Source: the human T2T-CHM13v2.0 reference genome, Homo sapiens. From it: a DNA stretch of 64,000 nucleotides. Numbering within the stretch: position 1 is the first letter of the stretch; each line of letters opens with the position of its first letter. The notes below the pieces were generated by a model that worked only from the letters and a program-made list of their open reading frames with translations, was not told where the DNA came from and ran no database searches. Below, piece after piece: positions 1 to 19,471 of this stretch. A program made the translations under genes and the position numbers. The DNA lies in assembly GCF_009914755.1 (NCBI RefSeq), contig NC_060930.1, one strand, 5' to 3'.

Positions 1-704
1 TAATATAGAGTTACCATATGACTCAATAATTGGGTAGCATTTGTCCACACTAAAAACCTGAATGCAATTGTTTATAATAGTATTATTCACGATAGTAAAA
101 TCATAGAAACAACCCAATTTTATCAAATAATAAATACATAAATAAAAGTGATATATTCATAAAATGGAATAGTATTCAGCAATAAAAAGTAATGGAATTC
201 TGACACGTGCTAAAATATAAAAGATCCTTAACAGTATTCTGTTAAAGAAGTCAGTCATAAAAGACCACATGTATGATTTTATTCATTTCAAATATCTAGA
301 GTAGAAATTCTATAGAGAGAGACAGAAAGAAAGTACATTCTATTTTTTTTTCTTTTTAAAATAAAGACAGGGTCTTGCTGTGTTGTCCAGGCTAGTTTCA
401 AACTCCTGGGCTCAAGCAATCCTCCTGCCTCAGCTTCCCAAAGTGCTGGGATTACAGGCATGAACCACCATGCCAGGCCAGAAAGGAGAGTCTTGATTGT
501 CTAGTGCTGTGTGGGCTTTGAGGTCAGGGCACTGGGAGTGACTGGTAATAGGTATGGAGTTTCCTTTTGCGGTGAAGAAATATTTTAAAATTAGATTGTG
601 GTGATGGCTGCACAACTCTGTGAATATATTAAAATCTATTGACTTATTTATTCTAGATGGATGAATTTTATGATCTGAGGTTTATCTCAGTTAAACTCTT
701 AAAA
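1..704 (+). mobile_element. Old L1M (L1MB/ME-type) 3' end fragment, interrupted by an Alu monomer
   Basis: Degenerate L1 3' motifs (gagttaccatatgactca, tattcagcaataaaaagtaatgg, gtgatggctgcacaactctgtgaata). Confidence 0.75.
343..479 (-). mobile_element. Alu left monomer (FLAM/AluJ-like)
   Basis: Poly-T followed by the reverse complement of the Alu left arm (ctcctgggctcaagcaatcctcctgcctcagc...cccaaagtgctgggattacaggc). Confidence 0.9.
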
Positions 705-824
705 TAGTTTATATACTTTATCGTTTCATACATATAAAATTCTTCAAATGTCAAAATTACAATAATGAAGACAATTCCACAATTGTCAAGTTTTAGGATT
801 GGAAGTAGGGTGTGCCCATATGTT

Positions 825-981
825 AGTATTATATCAATGTCAAATTTCTGGTTCTGATGATGTACCATGCTTTGGTAAGATGTTGTCTCTGGGGGCAGCT
901 GGATGAAAGGTGTGTGGGAACACTACTACTTTTGCAATTTTTTTTGAATCTAAACTATTTCAAATTTAAAGTTTAAAAAAA
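825..981 (+). mobile_element. L1MC/ME-type 3' terminal fragment
   Basis: attatatcaatgtcaaatttctg...tttgcaattttttttgaatctaaactatttc ending in an A-rich tail. Confidence 0.6.
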
Positions 982-2564
982 TCTAACTACTGAGAAAATG
1001 AATCTTATTTTTGAGAAAGAAACTTTCTGACACATTTGGAGCCAATATTGCTCTGGGTCAAAATCCACTTGAGCGGCTGTATTACTGATATTTCAGTTCA
1101 TTGGATACTTCTCTTTTATAACTTAAGTCTTGTGGTTGGTTCAGTTATGTCCACAAATTGATCTGTTTGAGCTTTGAAGTGTTCTGCTTCTGAGAACATT
1201 ACCTTCAACATTTAGAGAGATGTTCGGTCAGAAATACTTCAGGTTTCAGGAACAAACGCAACACATTTAGTCACATCATCTTCCACTTATTAAAAAAAAG
1301 AAAAATGAAAATATATGATTTCATAATACTAACCTCTGAAAAAGGAGAAACTAAGCAGTATAAGCAGCAATGCATTAGAAACTGACCAACTATCTGTTTC
1401 TTTTATATACATTGTCTCTCTAGCATAATTTTTAAACAACAACATGGGTTAGCTCACCCATGAATGTGTGATTTATTGATCAGTCTTATCCGTCTTTCAC
1501 TGAATCTGTGAGATCATGTGAGTTTTGAAGAAAAAAAGAAAAGAAAAGCTCAAAAATGATACCTGCTGGGCCTGCCAATACAAGAGTATTTTTGACAATT
1601 ACAAGACAAAACAACCATATTGTCATAAAGGCTTTGAGAGAATTAAGTGAACCATATTGACAAGATATCATGGCAGCGTCTGGTGGGTTGTTTCAGATGA
1701 ATGCTCTCATTTCCTTGTCAATGTGCTAATATGTGATGAATTTCATGGACTATCTTTGTTTCTCACAGCACTTTGGATGCAGAAGATGTTACCTTGAGCA
1801 AAACCGCTGCTATATATTATATAAACTACCTCCATAAGAAATGTAGATACTCTCAAAGATGTGAAAGTAGAAATTTCCAAGTTTTCCTCCAAATTGTCAG
1901 TCAAAAGAAATTGCCATTACTGTTATACAAGCTTAACAAAACATATAGGAGTAATTTTTTACTATACATATGTATATTTTGGAATAGTGACTTTTTAAAA
2001 TGGGCATTCTTATGGAAAAACTCTTATCCCTGCTCCAAAGACAAGAAAAATAGTGAAAAACTTGATATTTTCCAAGTGTGATTCAGGAACTAGTCACTCT
2101 CTGTCTCAGGACTGACCTTCTTATCCTTCATTAGATAAGGAAGTAATGGCTACTGAAATACTGGACTCCCCTTTACAGAATGGTCATAGATCAGAATAGC
2201 ATTTAATATTATAGTGTCTCATTTTTTTCTTTTGGAATGAATTAAATATCATTCTATGACATTCCTTACTGATAATATTAATTATAACATATTACGTATT
2301 TATCAAAATGCTTTTGTAATAGAAAAAATAGAAAATTATAGCTACTAAGTAGGGGACAAGTTATATTAATTATGATGTTCTCATAATATTGCAATGCCAT
2401 AAAAGTGAGGTACATATGCATGTGCTAATACAAGAAATTATAAAGTATAATTTGTTAAAAACAGATGAATAACTAGCATCATTTTTTTCTAAAGAAATGA
2501 GAATATACACATTTATTTTTTATTTTTTTCAGTAAAAGTCATAAAAAAATGAAAATGTTGGTTA

Positions 2565-3063
2565 TGTTACCAAAACCCCAGAGTTTCAGTCTAGGTCCTG
2601 TTGCTCACCATACAGAAAGCCAATCACTGAGACAACAAGTATTACCAAGGAAGAAGTCTTTAATTAGGTGCTGCAGCCAAGAAGACGGGAGCTCAATCTC
2701 AAATCCGTTTCCCTGACCAACTATTGTAAAATTAAGGCTTTATATAGCAGGGAAAAAATGTAATCATATGTGGGAAAACAGGAATTAGGGAGAGCTAAAG
2801 AAGAAGAGTTGGTAGACAGGCAACAGGTGGTTGCTTAGGCAATCATGAGGGTGAGGGGTCTGGTGTCTCATTGTTCAGATGCGGTGATCTGATGCGTTTC
2901 AGCTTTTTTAAACTCTCTGGGAGGCCTGATGGTTGGTTCCCTGAGAAGGAAACTCAGATAAGACAAATGTAACTTTTTCCAATTTCAAGACTGAAGATCA
3001 ATTTCTATGTTTATTCAAATAAACCATTAACATCACTCCCATGGGCCAGTTGGGCCAGTTCCA
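2565..3063 (-). mobile_element. ERV1-class (MER4-group) solo LTR
   Basis: TG...CA termini, ~500 bp, 4-bp flanking duplication GTTA/GTCA, and the motif tctaggtcctgttgctcac...gccaatcactgagacaac. Exact family is uncertain. Confidence 0.75.
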
Positions 3064-4084
3064 GTCACCTCTAGTAAGATAAATTGAAGGCTGGAGTGAG
3101 GGTAGATGCTTTTACTTTTCATGTATTTCCTTCTTAAATGGTTTAAATATTTTAACTATATATGAATAGTACTCTGTCATATTAGTCGTTTGAAGGAGGA
3201 AGACTAAGAACTGCTTTTTCTTGTAATTCATTACACTGTGTTTCTTAAAAATGAAAGGAACAACAATGATAGAGACCCCCATGCTTGTATACTTCACAGA
3301 TTTGGGGGCTTTGGTTTGTCTGGTTCAGTTTTCCATCATTTGTGTCTGGCCATATGAGCAACTCAATAAATGTTCGTTTAATGAATGCTATTAACATTTT
3401 ATTATGGCATTGAAGTTAAAATAATAAAACTATTTAAATATAAAATAAAATGGATTGAATGATGTTTTTAGCATGTTCTCGTTTTCTCCCAAGCATTTAC
3501 TTTGCCTGATGACAAGAGATGAAATACCATTAATAAAATATTTCTGATGCTCAAGTCTTTATAAAGGTATAAAAAGAAAGCAGATAATTTGCTCACTTAT
3601 TAACTATTTATGAATGCTTAACATGAATCAGATGGAAGAGAACAGTAAGCATGCACATGTGTAGATAAAATTTAAATTATCGTATGAACATAATCATAAA
3701 TAGAATTTGGTATAAGAAGTTGTGAAAGCAAAAGCATTTATGTGAATTGGCCTTTCCATTGAAAGTATCTCTGGTTAAATTACACACAGGCCAAAACCCA
3801 GTGACGGGGAGAAAGAAAGAGGTGGAAAATTCTTTCAAAGCAGAGATAATTTTGATTGAGGATAACCCGAGGCATACAAGATCTTATCATAATCCATGAA
3901 ACCTGAGAAAACATGCATGGCTCATGGAAGCATATAGGAGAATAGGACTACAGAGATTGCAGGGGCCCATCTCAGAATCGAGTCATAGTACATTTGATAG
4001 AATTTATTCTTTAGTCCAGGAGCCATCAGAAGCCACTGAAAAGTTTTAAGAAAATGGCTAGTTGATCAAATGCGTTTCCTGTGT

Positions 4085-6690
4085 TTGTTAATACTACCAT
4101 GTGTTTTTTCCCTTTTCTCTAGACTGTTAATATAATGAACTACATTAATTGATGTTTAAATGTTCAACAAGTTCAGAATTTTGGAAGAAATCTGATTTAT
4201 TAGTAATATTATTTCAACAGATGGATGGAAAGATAGATTTATACATACATAACAGGATTTGATTTGCTCACATTTTGCTGAAGAGTTGTATGTCTGTGTT
4301 TATGTGGGATATTGTTCAGGAGTTGTCTTTTTTGTACTGTCTTTTTCTATTTTTAGCATAAAAGTAAAACTGGTGTCATAAAATGATTTGAGAAATGTTC
4401 ATTTATCATCTACTTCTGGATGAATTTGAGTAGGATTATTGTTACTCTATCATTATCTAGTAGAATTAAATCACCTGGGTATGAAGATGGTTCTTCTTGG
4501 TGAATAGTTTTTTGTCAATTTGTAGTTGTCAAGAGATTAGTCCATTTTATCCAACTGGTCAAATTTATGTACACATAGTTCTTTGTAGTACTATAATTCT
4601 TGTAATACCTCTGTAGTCTCTAGTGATATCCCCTCTACAAAATTCCTAATGTTAGCAATTTGTGTCTGATCTATTGAGTTCTTTGTCAGCCTTGTGAGAA
4701 ATTTATCAATTGTTTTGATCCTTTAAAAAGTGTAGCTTTGGTTTTATTAACTTTTTAAATTGTTTTCATGTTTTTAATTTCATTGATATCTGCTTTCATC
4801 TTATTTCCTTCCTTCTACTTGTTTTGGGTTTATTTTCTTCTATTCTTTCTGGTTTCTTGAAGTGGAAGTTTCAGTTAGTCCTTTGAGGTGTCTCAGTTAT
4901 GTTTTAAATAATGTTTTAAAAATAAGCAAATGTATCTCTCTTATTACCAAAGTGTTTAGTTTGCCTGATGAGAAGAGATGAAATACCATTAATAAAATGC
5001 TTCTGATGCTCAGGTCATTATGAATGAGTGAATGCTAGACCATTCTTCATTCCATTCCTTTGTGTGATCAGTATCTCTACCTGGAATCCTTTCCCTCTGA
5101 CTGAAAGACTTTAATACTTCTTTAGTCGCTGGACCGCTAGAGATGAATTTGTTCAGGTTTCGTAGATCCAAAAAATATTTCTTTTACCTTGATTTGTAAA
5201 AATATTACTGAATATAAAATTCTGATTTTTTTTGACATTACGGTAAATGTTTAACTCCATGGACTTAGAGCTGGCATTTTTTAATGAGAAGTCTCCCGCA
5301 CTGTTTTTCTTTTGGCCTTTATACATAAGGTATCTTTCGGGGCTGCTGCTTCCTAAGAATTTTTCCCACTAATTTTAAACAATTTGAATATGATCAGCCT
5401 TGTTCTATTATTAATGTTTCTTCTTCTTTTGCTTCATAAAAATTTTTAGGCCTATGTATTTATGCTTTTTACTAAATTTGAAAAACAGTGGCCATATTTA
5501 TTCAAATATTTCTTAAGGATTCCAGTTATAAATATTGTTAGCCTCTTGATGTTCTCCAGCCTGCTGATTCTCTGCTCATTTTTCCTTCAATCTTTTAATC
5601 CTACTGGATTTCCTTTTAGATAGTTTTGACTTCTAGCCTTTAAGTTAATTTGCCCCCCTTTTTTTGCAATGTTATATGCTGTTAATCTCACTCAATACAT
5701 TTTTATATTAGACATTGTATATTTCATCTCCATAATTTTCATTTGAGTGTTTTTGCATTTCATATCCATCCTCAAAATGTTCATATATTCCTCTACTTTT
5801 TCAACCTATTGAACATATTCAAAATAGCTTCTTTAATATCCTTGTCTAATAATTCCACATCCTACAGTCTGTTTCTATTGATTGATTACTCTCCTCACTG
5901 TGGGTCATTTTCCTTGCTTCATTTCACGCCTGGTAATTTTTTATTAGATGCTTAACATTGGAAATTTTATCTTGTCAGGTGATATTTTCCTCTATATATC
6001 TTTGACTATATTTCAGCTGTTTTCTAAGATTCAATTAAGTTGCTTTGAATCAGTCAATTATTTCCAGGCTTGTTTTTAAACATTCTTAGCTGGGAAAAGA
6101 GCAGCGCTTAATCTAGAGCTAACTTGGCCAGAGTACTGAGGTCATACCCTTCTGAGAACTCTACTCAATGTGCCATTCCACGTGTTAGTGAGTCTTCTCA
6201 CTCTACCTAGGGGGACACACTACTATTCTTAGCCCAGAGTCAGCTCTTAGGATAGTTCTATATGCCTATTATCTTTGCCCAGTTGTGAGCCTTGTTCAGT
6301 ATTCAGCTGAACTCTTAATGTGACCCGTCCTTAAATCTCCAAAGGTCTCGTTATATCTACCACTTTGCTAATATTTTGCATTGTGATTGCTAGCTGCCTG
6401 GCCTCCCTAAATTATAAATTCTGCCTTCTCAACTTAGAGAGGCAACCAGGCACTGTATGTGTTCCCTGTACTGCAGCCTGGAATTCTCTTGAGGCTGTAA
6501 GCTGAGTCAGCCGTAGAGCTCACTTCACCCGTTCTCTTATGTCAGGGATCACTGTCTTGTGAGGCTTGTTTCCAATATCTGAAAACCAGTGTTTGATATA
6601 TTTTGTTTGGTATTCTACTTGTTCAAGACAGGAGTTTAAAACTAATTCCTGATATTCCATTATTTTCGGAAACAAAATCTATGGCATTCT
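4085..6690 (-). mobile_element. Fragmented ancient L1M (ORF2, ORF1 and 5' pieces)
   Basis: T-rich antisense L1 motifs (aatttatcaattgttttgatcctt, tttcattgatatctgctttc, gaaaccagtgtttgatata-like). Interrupted near 4890-5040. Confidence 0.65.
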
Positions 6691-8406
6691 ACTATTTTAA
6701 TCATTGTAATTTTATTATATATATTCAATGATAATAGAATCAGAGCATTATCTTCTATTAATCTTTAGTTTTCTAAACGTTCTTTATTGCCTATACATCT
6801 TTCTGAGGATTCAGAATCATTCTGTCACAAACCTATTCTTGACCCAATACCCCTTCATCTCAACAAAGACACCTTCCCCATAGGATGCCAACGGATGTCT
6901 GTAAAACTGGAAATACGCTGGCTTTCACAGCAGATTCAGGTATTTCTTAAGCATCAGACAAAGACCAGTCAAAACTCAGTGAATCTGTGTGCCTTTATCT
7001 ATTCATTATCTCTCTTACGTCTCCATCATGCTATGCAACTCTTATCCCATGAAATGACCAAACGCCCAGGCTTCCAAATTAATTATATACTCTTCAGCAC
7101 ATAATCAAGGGTAAGCATATAAGTTCTATTGCTCACAGACTAAAAAATGGAAAAATAAAGTCCAAAGTAAACTGGAGATAACAGCTGTCATAAATAAAAA
7201 TTGGAATGGGCTGGGACAGTACCGAGAAAACCTTTATAGCAATTTGACAGAGAAAACCTTCCTAGCTCACTCATATTTGTGACACAGATGAGTAATGTGA
7301 TTACTCCCAGCTCCTGGCAGTAAAAACTTTATTGCACCCCACAGGATCAGATACAATGTTTATTTCTTTCTCCGAGTGCATTAACATACACTTCTTTTTC
7401 ACAGAAAAACATGCAATTTGAGTCATCTTTTTCAAGGTTGATTCTTTATGTGACCTTAACAATTATACCACAAAGTATGATGGCTGTGACAGAGAGCCAA
7501 GGCGCACATGGCTTTCAGCAGAGGTCAAAAAGACACAGGGCATGAAGAGAATATGGGACGAAAGAGATTTATTAATATTTGTCTCTCTTAAAGGAACTAA
7601 GCAGGTGTAGGTGGCATTCGGAAGAGGCATACAGGGACGTAGAGGCACAGTTTCCCATGGACTGAGATGAAGCTCCTCCTCCTAACATCCTCCCACAGGT
7701 GCAGTAATCTTGGGGAGCTCTTCTATGCACGCTGCAGTGATGTGTACACCAAGTGGGAAGCGTACGGAAGAAATACTGCATCTGCCTCTTGATGGTCTTC
7801 CTAAAACAGCACTTTAACTTATCTCTCCATGACCTGAATTTCAGTGCTGAAAATGTCCTGAGGAAAAAGTGTGTCAAACCAATTGTTCTTTCAACGTTTT
7901 AACCCACTATGCCAGAAATATAGTTGGAAATACATTTTTTCCAGCAATTAAAATATATCATTGGAGCAGGAAAGACTGTAAGGCTAAAGGAAAAATCAAT
8001 TCCATCTTTCTTTTTTAAACAAACAAAAAAGAAAAAAACTGGATTTTTGATGTACAGAGAGAACTATTGGTAAACCACAGCAAATGATAAAGACAATTCT
8101 GATGACAAAAATTAACAAATATTAATGTTTTGATTCCATCCATCTACACGTGTTACATGTCAGCTATGAGGTTATTTAGGATGTGTATTGCAAGTAAATG
8201 GTTTGAGTTGGTTGTTTTTGAGTCTCTTTTGCTCTGTAAAAAAGAGGAATAGCAGGAGATAATGATAAGAAAATCAGGCTTTGATAACTGAAATAGTTTT
8301 TTTTTATTTTAAAGCAGGTGTATGATAAAACATAAGATTAGTTTTAAGTAACTTAAATCACATAACTTAAAGTGACAAGGAACAATTGAAAAATAATTGT
8401 ACTAGC

Positions 8407-9100
<694 letters not shown>

Positions 9101-10925
9101 CTAGCCTTCAAATCCCATTCTGCTTTATAGGGAGAATACAATTCAGGACAATGAAGCTCAACACTGAAGACAGCTCAGGATTTTTAGTATTCTTACAGCC
9201 CTGCTTATACTTTTCTCAGACACATGGTTTCATGGCCCATGGTCTTTTTGAGTTAAAATTAAGTATGCCCACTTCTTATTTTCCATATCCTAGTCGTAAG
9301 TTTTTTTTACTGCAGTTCGTTATTTTTTTCTCCCTCCTATACAACATTTTGAGGAAAGCAGGTGGCCAGAAAATATTTTTGACTGAATGGATGGAGCAAG
9401 ATGATGAGTGAAGAGCCCAATTTCTTTCCTTTCATAAGGGAGTCAAAAGATAGTGTTGGTGAGAGAATGTGGATTCTTACAGCAAAGTGCAACTGTGAGA
9501 AAGATGGAAGATTTAATTCAGGCTATTTCAAGGCTCAGCAATCTAGACAGGTGAGAACTGGGCCATCAATCCAAACAAGGGGAAACAATAAATGGACCTG
9601 GGGGAAAAGGCCAGATATGATGATTGTGGGAGACTGGAAAACATGATAGTTTCAAATTGCTCTGAAGGAATTTCTGAGCTTAGTAAAATACATCTCTGGG
9701 GCCTTTGGATATGGTGCATTGTGAGCTTTCAAAGGATTCCAAAGTTCAGGCATTGAGCTGCTTTCTCTTTTGATATTTCAAATTCAATGAAGCTATTGCA
9801 TTTATATTTGGTTTAATAAAAAAATTCATTTAAGCACAAGCATATGTAGCTTCAAATCCATGTGTATGCTCCCCCACTTAAGGATGAAAGAAATATCTAG
9901 TCAAGGGAATATGTGCCTTGATTTATTTCTCTGGCAGTAATGATGAATTGCACTATGTCATCTACAGTCCCATGACATGTCACTTCTATAACCCTTGGTG
10001 TGCAACTACAAGATAGAAAGGTTAGAGGTGCAGGTGATCGCTATGCACAAGGGTTTTTCCTAACTGAGGAACTAACTGGCCCATACAGGGATTAAAACCA
10101 CAAGCCTGGCCCTCATAATCACCACTCTAACCTCCAGAGCTAACTGACCCAGACAATAAAGGCTGCAGGAGATACCTGCTGAGCTATTAGGTTGATGAAT
10201 GGGAAGGACTTCAGAGTATAGCATCTTGTGAAAAATAATATAATAATTTAAGTAGTTGTCCATCCCAGTGGTACCAATTTATAGCCAAGGCTAACTCAAT
10301 AGTTCCTTCTTACCCAGAGGCCAAGCGCTGCTGAGCTACATCATTCACAGAGAGACATAGAATAAACACACCTAATATACAACAAGGATGCCGTAAGTCC
10401 AAAACAAAAGCAGGATTGCATGCAGAATTTTCAACTAACCTTTTTCCTCTACCACTCAAAGTAAAAGAGGAAGAACAAAGCCACTGGAATGTTCTCCTAA
10501 ATTGTGACTTCTTTAAATGACTTAATTAATCAGTATATAAATTAATATCTTTAAGTAGATGAAATTTAATGTGGTCATAAACAGAACATTAAATGTACTA
10601 TATTTTGTCATATATTACTAGTAAAGAATAACACTGTTAATTAAACAACTATCAACTCACATAAAACATATTTAGAGTATGGTGAGGTCAATTGTTAAAA
10701 CACAAGGGAAACATCCTAAGTAATCCACATCTTGTCAGTTAGGTTTGAGCCACAATAAAGACCTTCGATATGGAGTATTTATTGATGAAAAACTATGTAA
10801 ATTTTTCCATTTGAGAGGGAAATTAATAATGAATGTGTTTTGTTCTCGTTGCTTGGGTTTTGTTTTGCTATGTTGATTTTAAGGAGGTTGATTATTTCTT
10901 AATAAATGGTGTGAAATTTTGGAGA

Positions 10926-10939
10926 CTGCCACCTGGTGA
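10926..10939 (-). promoter_or_regulatory. Candidate CTCF-binding motif
   Basis: ctgccacctggtga; its reverse complement TCACCAGGTGGCAG is close to the CTCF core CCACCAGGTGGCAG. It lies in apparently unique DNA. Confidence 0.45.
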
Positions 10940-11104
10940 GTTGAGAGCCCTGGTTTCATGACTAACTGGCTAGATTTTCCAAACATTTATGTAACCGAGA
11001 AAGAAAAAAGAATGTAAAGAAAATCGAGGCATGCTTGCCATTTTCCTAAAAATAAATTGGTTTTCTTTAATAATTCTGTCATAAATATTACCTAAATTAT
11101 GTGT

Positions 11105-11240
11105 CCTAACTATATATGTGTATATTTGTTATATATTGTTTTATATATCTTATATGTATATTGATTGCTTCATAAATATATATTTGTGTGTATATATATA
11201 TATATATACACACATACATACAGATATACACATATATATT
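11105..11240. repeat. (TA)n/(TG)n/(CA)n low-complexity tract
   Basis: Directly visible dinucleotide runs. Confidence 0.85.
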
Positions 11241-11339
11241 TTAGGAAACAAAAAATGTAGAACATGATGTAAATAAATATGATTGCATAATCATAGGCTA
11301 CAAATACTCTCTAGTGAAAAGTTAATCTTTTCCCTCAGA

Positions 11340-14750
<3,411 letters not shown>

Positions 14751-15049
14751 AAAGCAAGTCCCTGATGAAGCTAATTGTGGTATTTTATTAATACCAGGTC
14801 TGTGAAGCAAATAGGCTAAGACTTGTTTTACAATCCACCTTTTTCCTCATCCCCAATGCTGCCACTCCAACATGAACTCACCTGCCACAACAATCTCCTG
14901 AGGAGTTCACAAAGTGTCCAAAGATTTTTCAAAAAACATACACATAAAATTGCCTTCCTTGTGCTACAAAGAAATAATGGCTTCCCATTTTTGAATAAAA
15001 ATAAATAAAATGCCTTAAGTGTTTTGTTCCAGTCTATTGTTCTCATATC

Positions 15050-15380
15050 TGCTCTTGTTACTTTGACCCCTTTTCAGTTCCTTATATGCATGAACCCGTT
15101 CTCTGTGTCCTGAATTTTGCGCGTGAAATTATCCTACAGACCTCTAACCACAACCTTTCTTCCACTTTCTTGTGATTAACTCCCATTTATCCTCCAGGAC
15201 ATGGGCTAAGCATCTCAGCAAAGTCATAGTGGAGACCACATTGGTCTCATTATATTTTACAATGTAAATATTATATATTTTCCATGAAGCACTTATTGTG
15301 ACTGTTATAAAATAATAGCTTGAATAATTATTCAGTTTTACCTTTTTGCCCATCTAGTTTGTAAACTTTATGAGAGATTA
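15050..15380 (+). mobile_element. L2 fragment
   Basis: aactcccatttatcctccagg...gcacttattgtg...tagtttgtaaactttatgag resembles the L2 3' region. Confidence 0.5.
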
Positions 15381-15399
15381 AGAAGAAAGATGGCTGTAG

Positions 15400-16850
<1,451 letters not shown>

Positions 16851-17418
16851 TTTGTTTGTTTGTTTCTGTTTTTTTGTTTTTGTTTTTGTTTTTTTCTTGC
16901 AGCGGGCAAAGGGAATAATCCAATCCTCTCTCCCTAATGCACCCTTTCAGCCACTATATATCAGTCTTTCTTTGTGTGGCTATCTCATTAAAATAGTGAG
17001 CCTCCGTAGAAGGCAGAGAAGATGGAAATAAGAATGAGAGTGAATATGAGAACAACCTCTGAACTTTTCTTCAAACTTGCAAGGTTACCATGCCATTATT
17101 CTCTGGTTCAGAGCAGCATGGGAAGTGACCTGGAAAATATTCCCCTGATATATGTTGACACTGCTGCCCTCAGACTCTCATGAACAGCCAAGGTGATCTA
17201 CTGATTGTCTTAAAACCACGCACACACAGAAGAGCTCTCTTCCTCCTTTTCTCATTTTCTCGTTTCCTCCATCCTTCTCTTTCTTCCTCTCTTCTTTTTT
17301 TCCTTGTTTTCTTCCGTTTTTTCATTAGGAATGATCCATTCTGTACCTTCCGGGTGCTGTAACTTTAAAAAAGGCCAGAGAACAGTACCTGTTTTCAGAG
17401 TTTTCTGTTTGAAAAGAA

Positions 17419-17458
17419 CACACACACACACACACACACACACAACACACACACACAC
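17419..17458. repeat. (CA)n microsatellite
   Basis: Interrupted CA run. Confidence 0.95.
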
Positions 17459-18207
17459 TCTCTCCATAGATCTAAAGCATCACAAGAGAATATAATTGGA
17501 TGACAAGACTATTGGCACACAAATTAATTGCTGAAAACTCCATGTATTATTGGATGGTTTGTAAGAAAGACTGGATTAAGTGTGATCATAGTTAGGTCTT
17601 AAACATATTTTTAATTGGCAAAATTGACGTTAAACAGAGATTACAGAAAAGGGCATGAAAAACAAAAACTGCTGAATAAATAAGAGGTACAGATATAATC
17701 ATATGCATGACAGGCTGAGGAAATGGCAAAAACAAAAACAAAAGTGAAAAACAGTCTCTGCTTTAAAAGAAATTAAATGATATAAAATCCGCACATAATG
17801 AAGAACCTTTCCCAAAATATTTATAGTATTCTTCTACAGCAGTGGAATAGAGGATGGTTTTCTTCTTCTTTTTCTATATTTCTAAGTATTGTTCTAATGA
17901 TCTGAATTAATTTCATTTTTCATTCACATGTTTTCTTAATAACATAAGATATTTATGAAGCCAATCTCACTTTTAAGAATTAATATAATATAGATAGTGT
18001 AAAATTGTTACTTGAATTTTGACTTCTCATGTCTGAGTTCACTCAGGGTATTTTCCTTTCAGATCTTTTCCATGTATCTAACTTCAATTTTATATTCAGA
18101 TAAATACATAATTTTGTGTGATCAAAAGTAACTGAGTTCCTTCTATACTTATTATTCTAAAATATCAGTTGTGTTTTTTAACATAATCTCTTAGAAATGT
18201 TTTTATA

Positions 18208-18490
18208 GGTCAGGCGTGATGACTCATTCCTGTAATCCCAGCACTTTGAGAGGCCCTTGCTTTAGCTCAGGAGTTTGAGACCAGCCTGGGCACCATGGTG
18301 AAACCCCGTCTCTACTAAAAATACAAAAAATTAGTTGGTGTGGTGGTGTGCACCTGTAGTCCCAGCTACTTAGGAGGCTGAGATGAAAGGATTGCTTGAG
18401 CCTGGGAGGTCGAGGCTACAGTGAGTCAGGATTGCACCACTGCACCGCAGCTTGGATGATAGGAATGAGACCCTATCTCAAAAAAAAAAA
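18208..18490 (+). mobile_element. AluJ
   Basis: J diagnostics ggattgcttgagcctgggaggtcgaggct. Small left-arm deletion. TSD-like gtttttat on both flanks. Confidence 0.9.
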
Positions 18491-19185
18491 GTTTTTATGT
18501 GTACATTATGAAGAAACTAAAATAATACACATTGCCATATACATTTATTAGCTTTGATTTGAGCAGTCCCTACTCTGCTGCAGGTCTCTTTTGATGCATG
18601 TTTAGGCTGCCTTTTACCTTTCAGAAATGGCTTATAATTTGGGGTCTGCTAGTGGTACTTTGTATTCCCTTGTTCATATTTATTCTTCTAAAAATGCCCT
18701 TCCCCTTATATCCAGAAATTATGCATGGGAGTGACTTATGGATTCATGAGCTTAGTCATCCACCCTGATCAATCCATTTATTACTTTCTGTGGAAAAAAT
18801 GAGCTGCTTTCCATAATTTAAAAACGTTACTACCTAGGTGTTATTTTTATAATCTATTTTTCCTCAGGCAGTAAATTCAATCAAATAATGAACACACATG
18901 AACAAATGTCAGCTTAAGAAATTAACTAAAGGCAATTAAAAAAAGAATTCAATAATTCAAATTACATTCCAGAGGAGAAGAACAAGACAGGCACACATGA
19001 TTTTGCCATCAGAGGCTTTTTTTTTTTTTTTTTTTTTTTTGCTTTAGCACTGGGCTTTACTCTTATTCAACTAATCTAGTCAACTTAACACAAGACAAAA
19101 GAAAAGCAGATTAGCCACTCTCTCCTGTTTACTTCTCTTGGAAGAGCATTATCTGTGCCTTAATTCTCTACTAAGTATTATTCTT

Positions 19186-19471
19186 TTTTTTTTTTTTTTT
19201 GAGAAGGAGTCTCGCTCTGTGGCCCAGACTGGAGTGCAGTGGTGCAATCTGGGCTCACTGCAAGCTCCGCCTCCCGGGTTTCACACCATTCTCCTGCCTC
19301 AGCCTCCCAAGTAGCTGGGACTACAGGCGCCCACCACCACGCCCAGCTAATTTTTTGTATTTTTAGTAGAGACGGGGTTTCACCGTGTTAGCCAGAATGG
19401 TCTTGATCTCCTGACCTCATGATCCACCCGCCTCGGCCTCCCAAAATGCTGGGATTACAGGCGTGAGCCAC
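19186..19471 (-). mobile_element. AluY, slightly 5'-truncated
   Basis: gcaagctccgcctcccgggtt, caccgtgttagcca. TSD aagtattattctt / aactattattctt. Confidence 0.93.

Noticed and set aside
1203-1285. Possible minus-strand exon (taag|...gaag|gtaatg)
   Set aside because: Weak AAG acceptor and stops in all three frames. It cannot be distinguished from chance.
3506-3547. CTGATGA-N8-GAAA (hammerhead-like core) and TGATGA...CTGA (C/D box-like), present in both copies of the duplication
   Set aside because: I could not pair stems I, II or III for a hammerhead. The C-to-D span of about 41 nt is too short for a typical C/D snoRNA.
7463-7877. Minus-strand ORFs in unique-looking sequence
   Set aside because: No recognisable domain and no convincing pair of splice sites.
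19017-19040. Isolated T24 run as an orphan retroposition tail
   Set aside because: No convincing TSD or element body. Slippage is sufficient to explain it.
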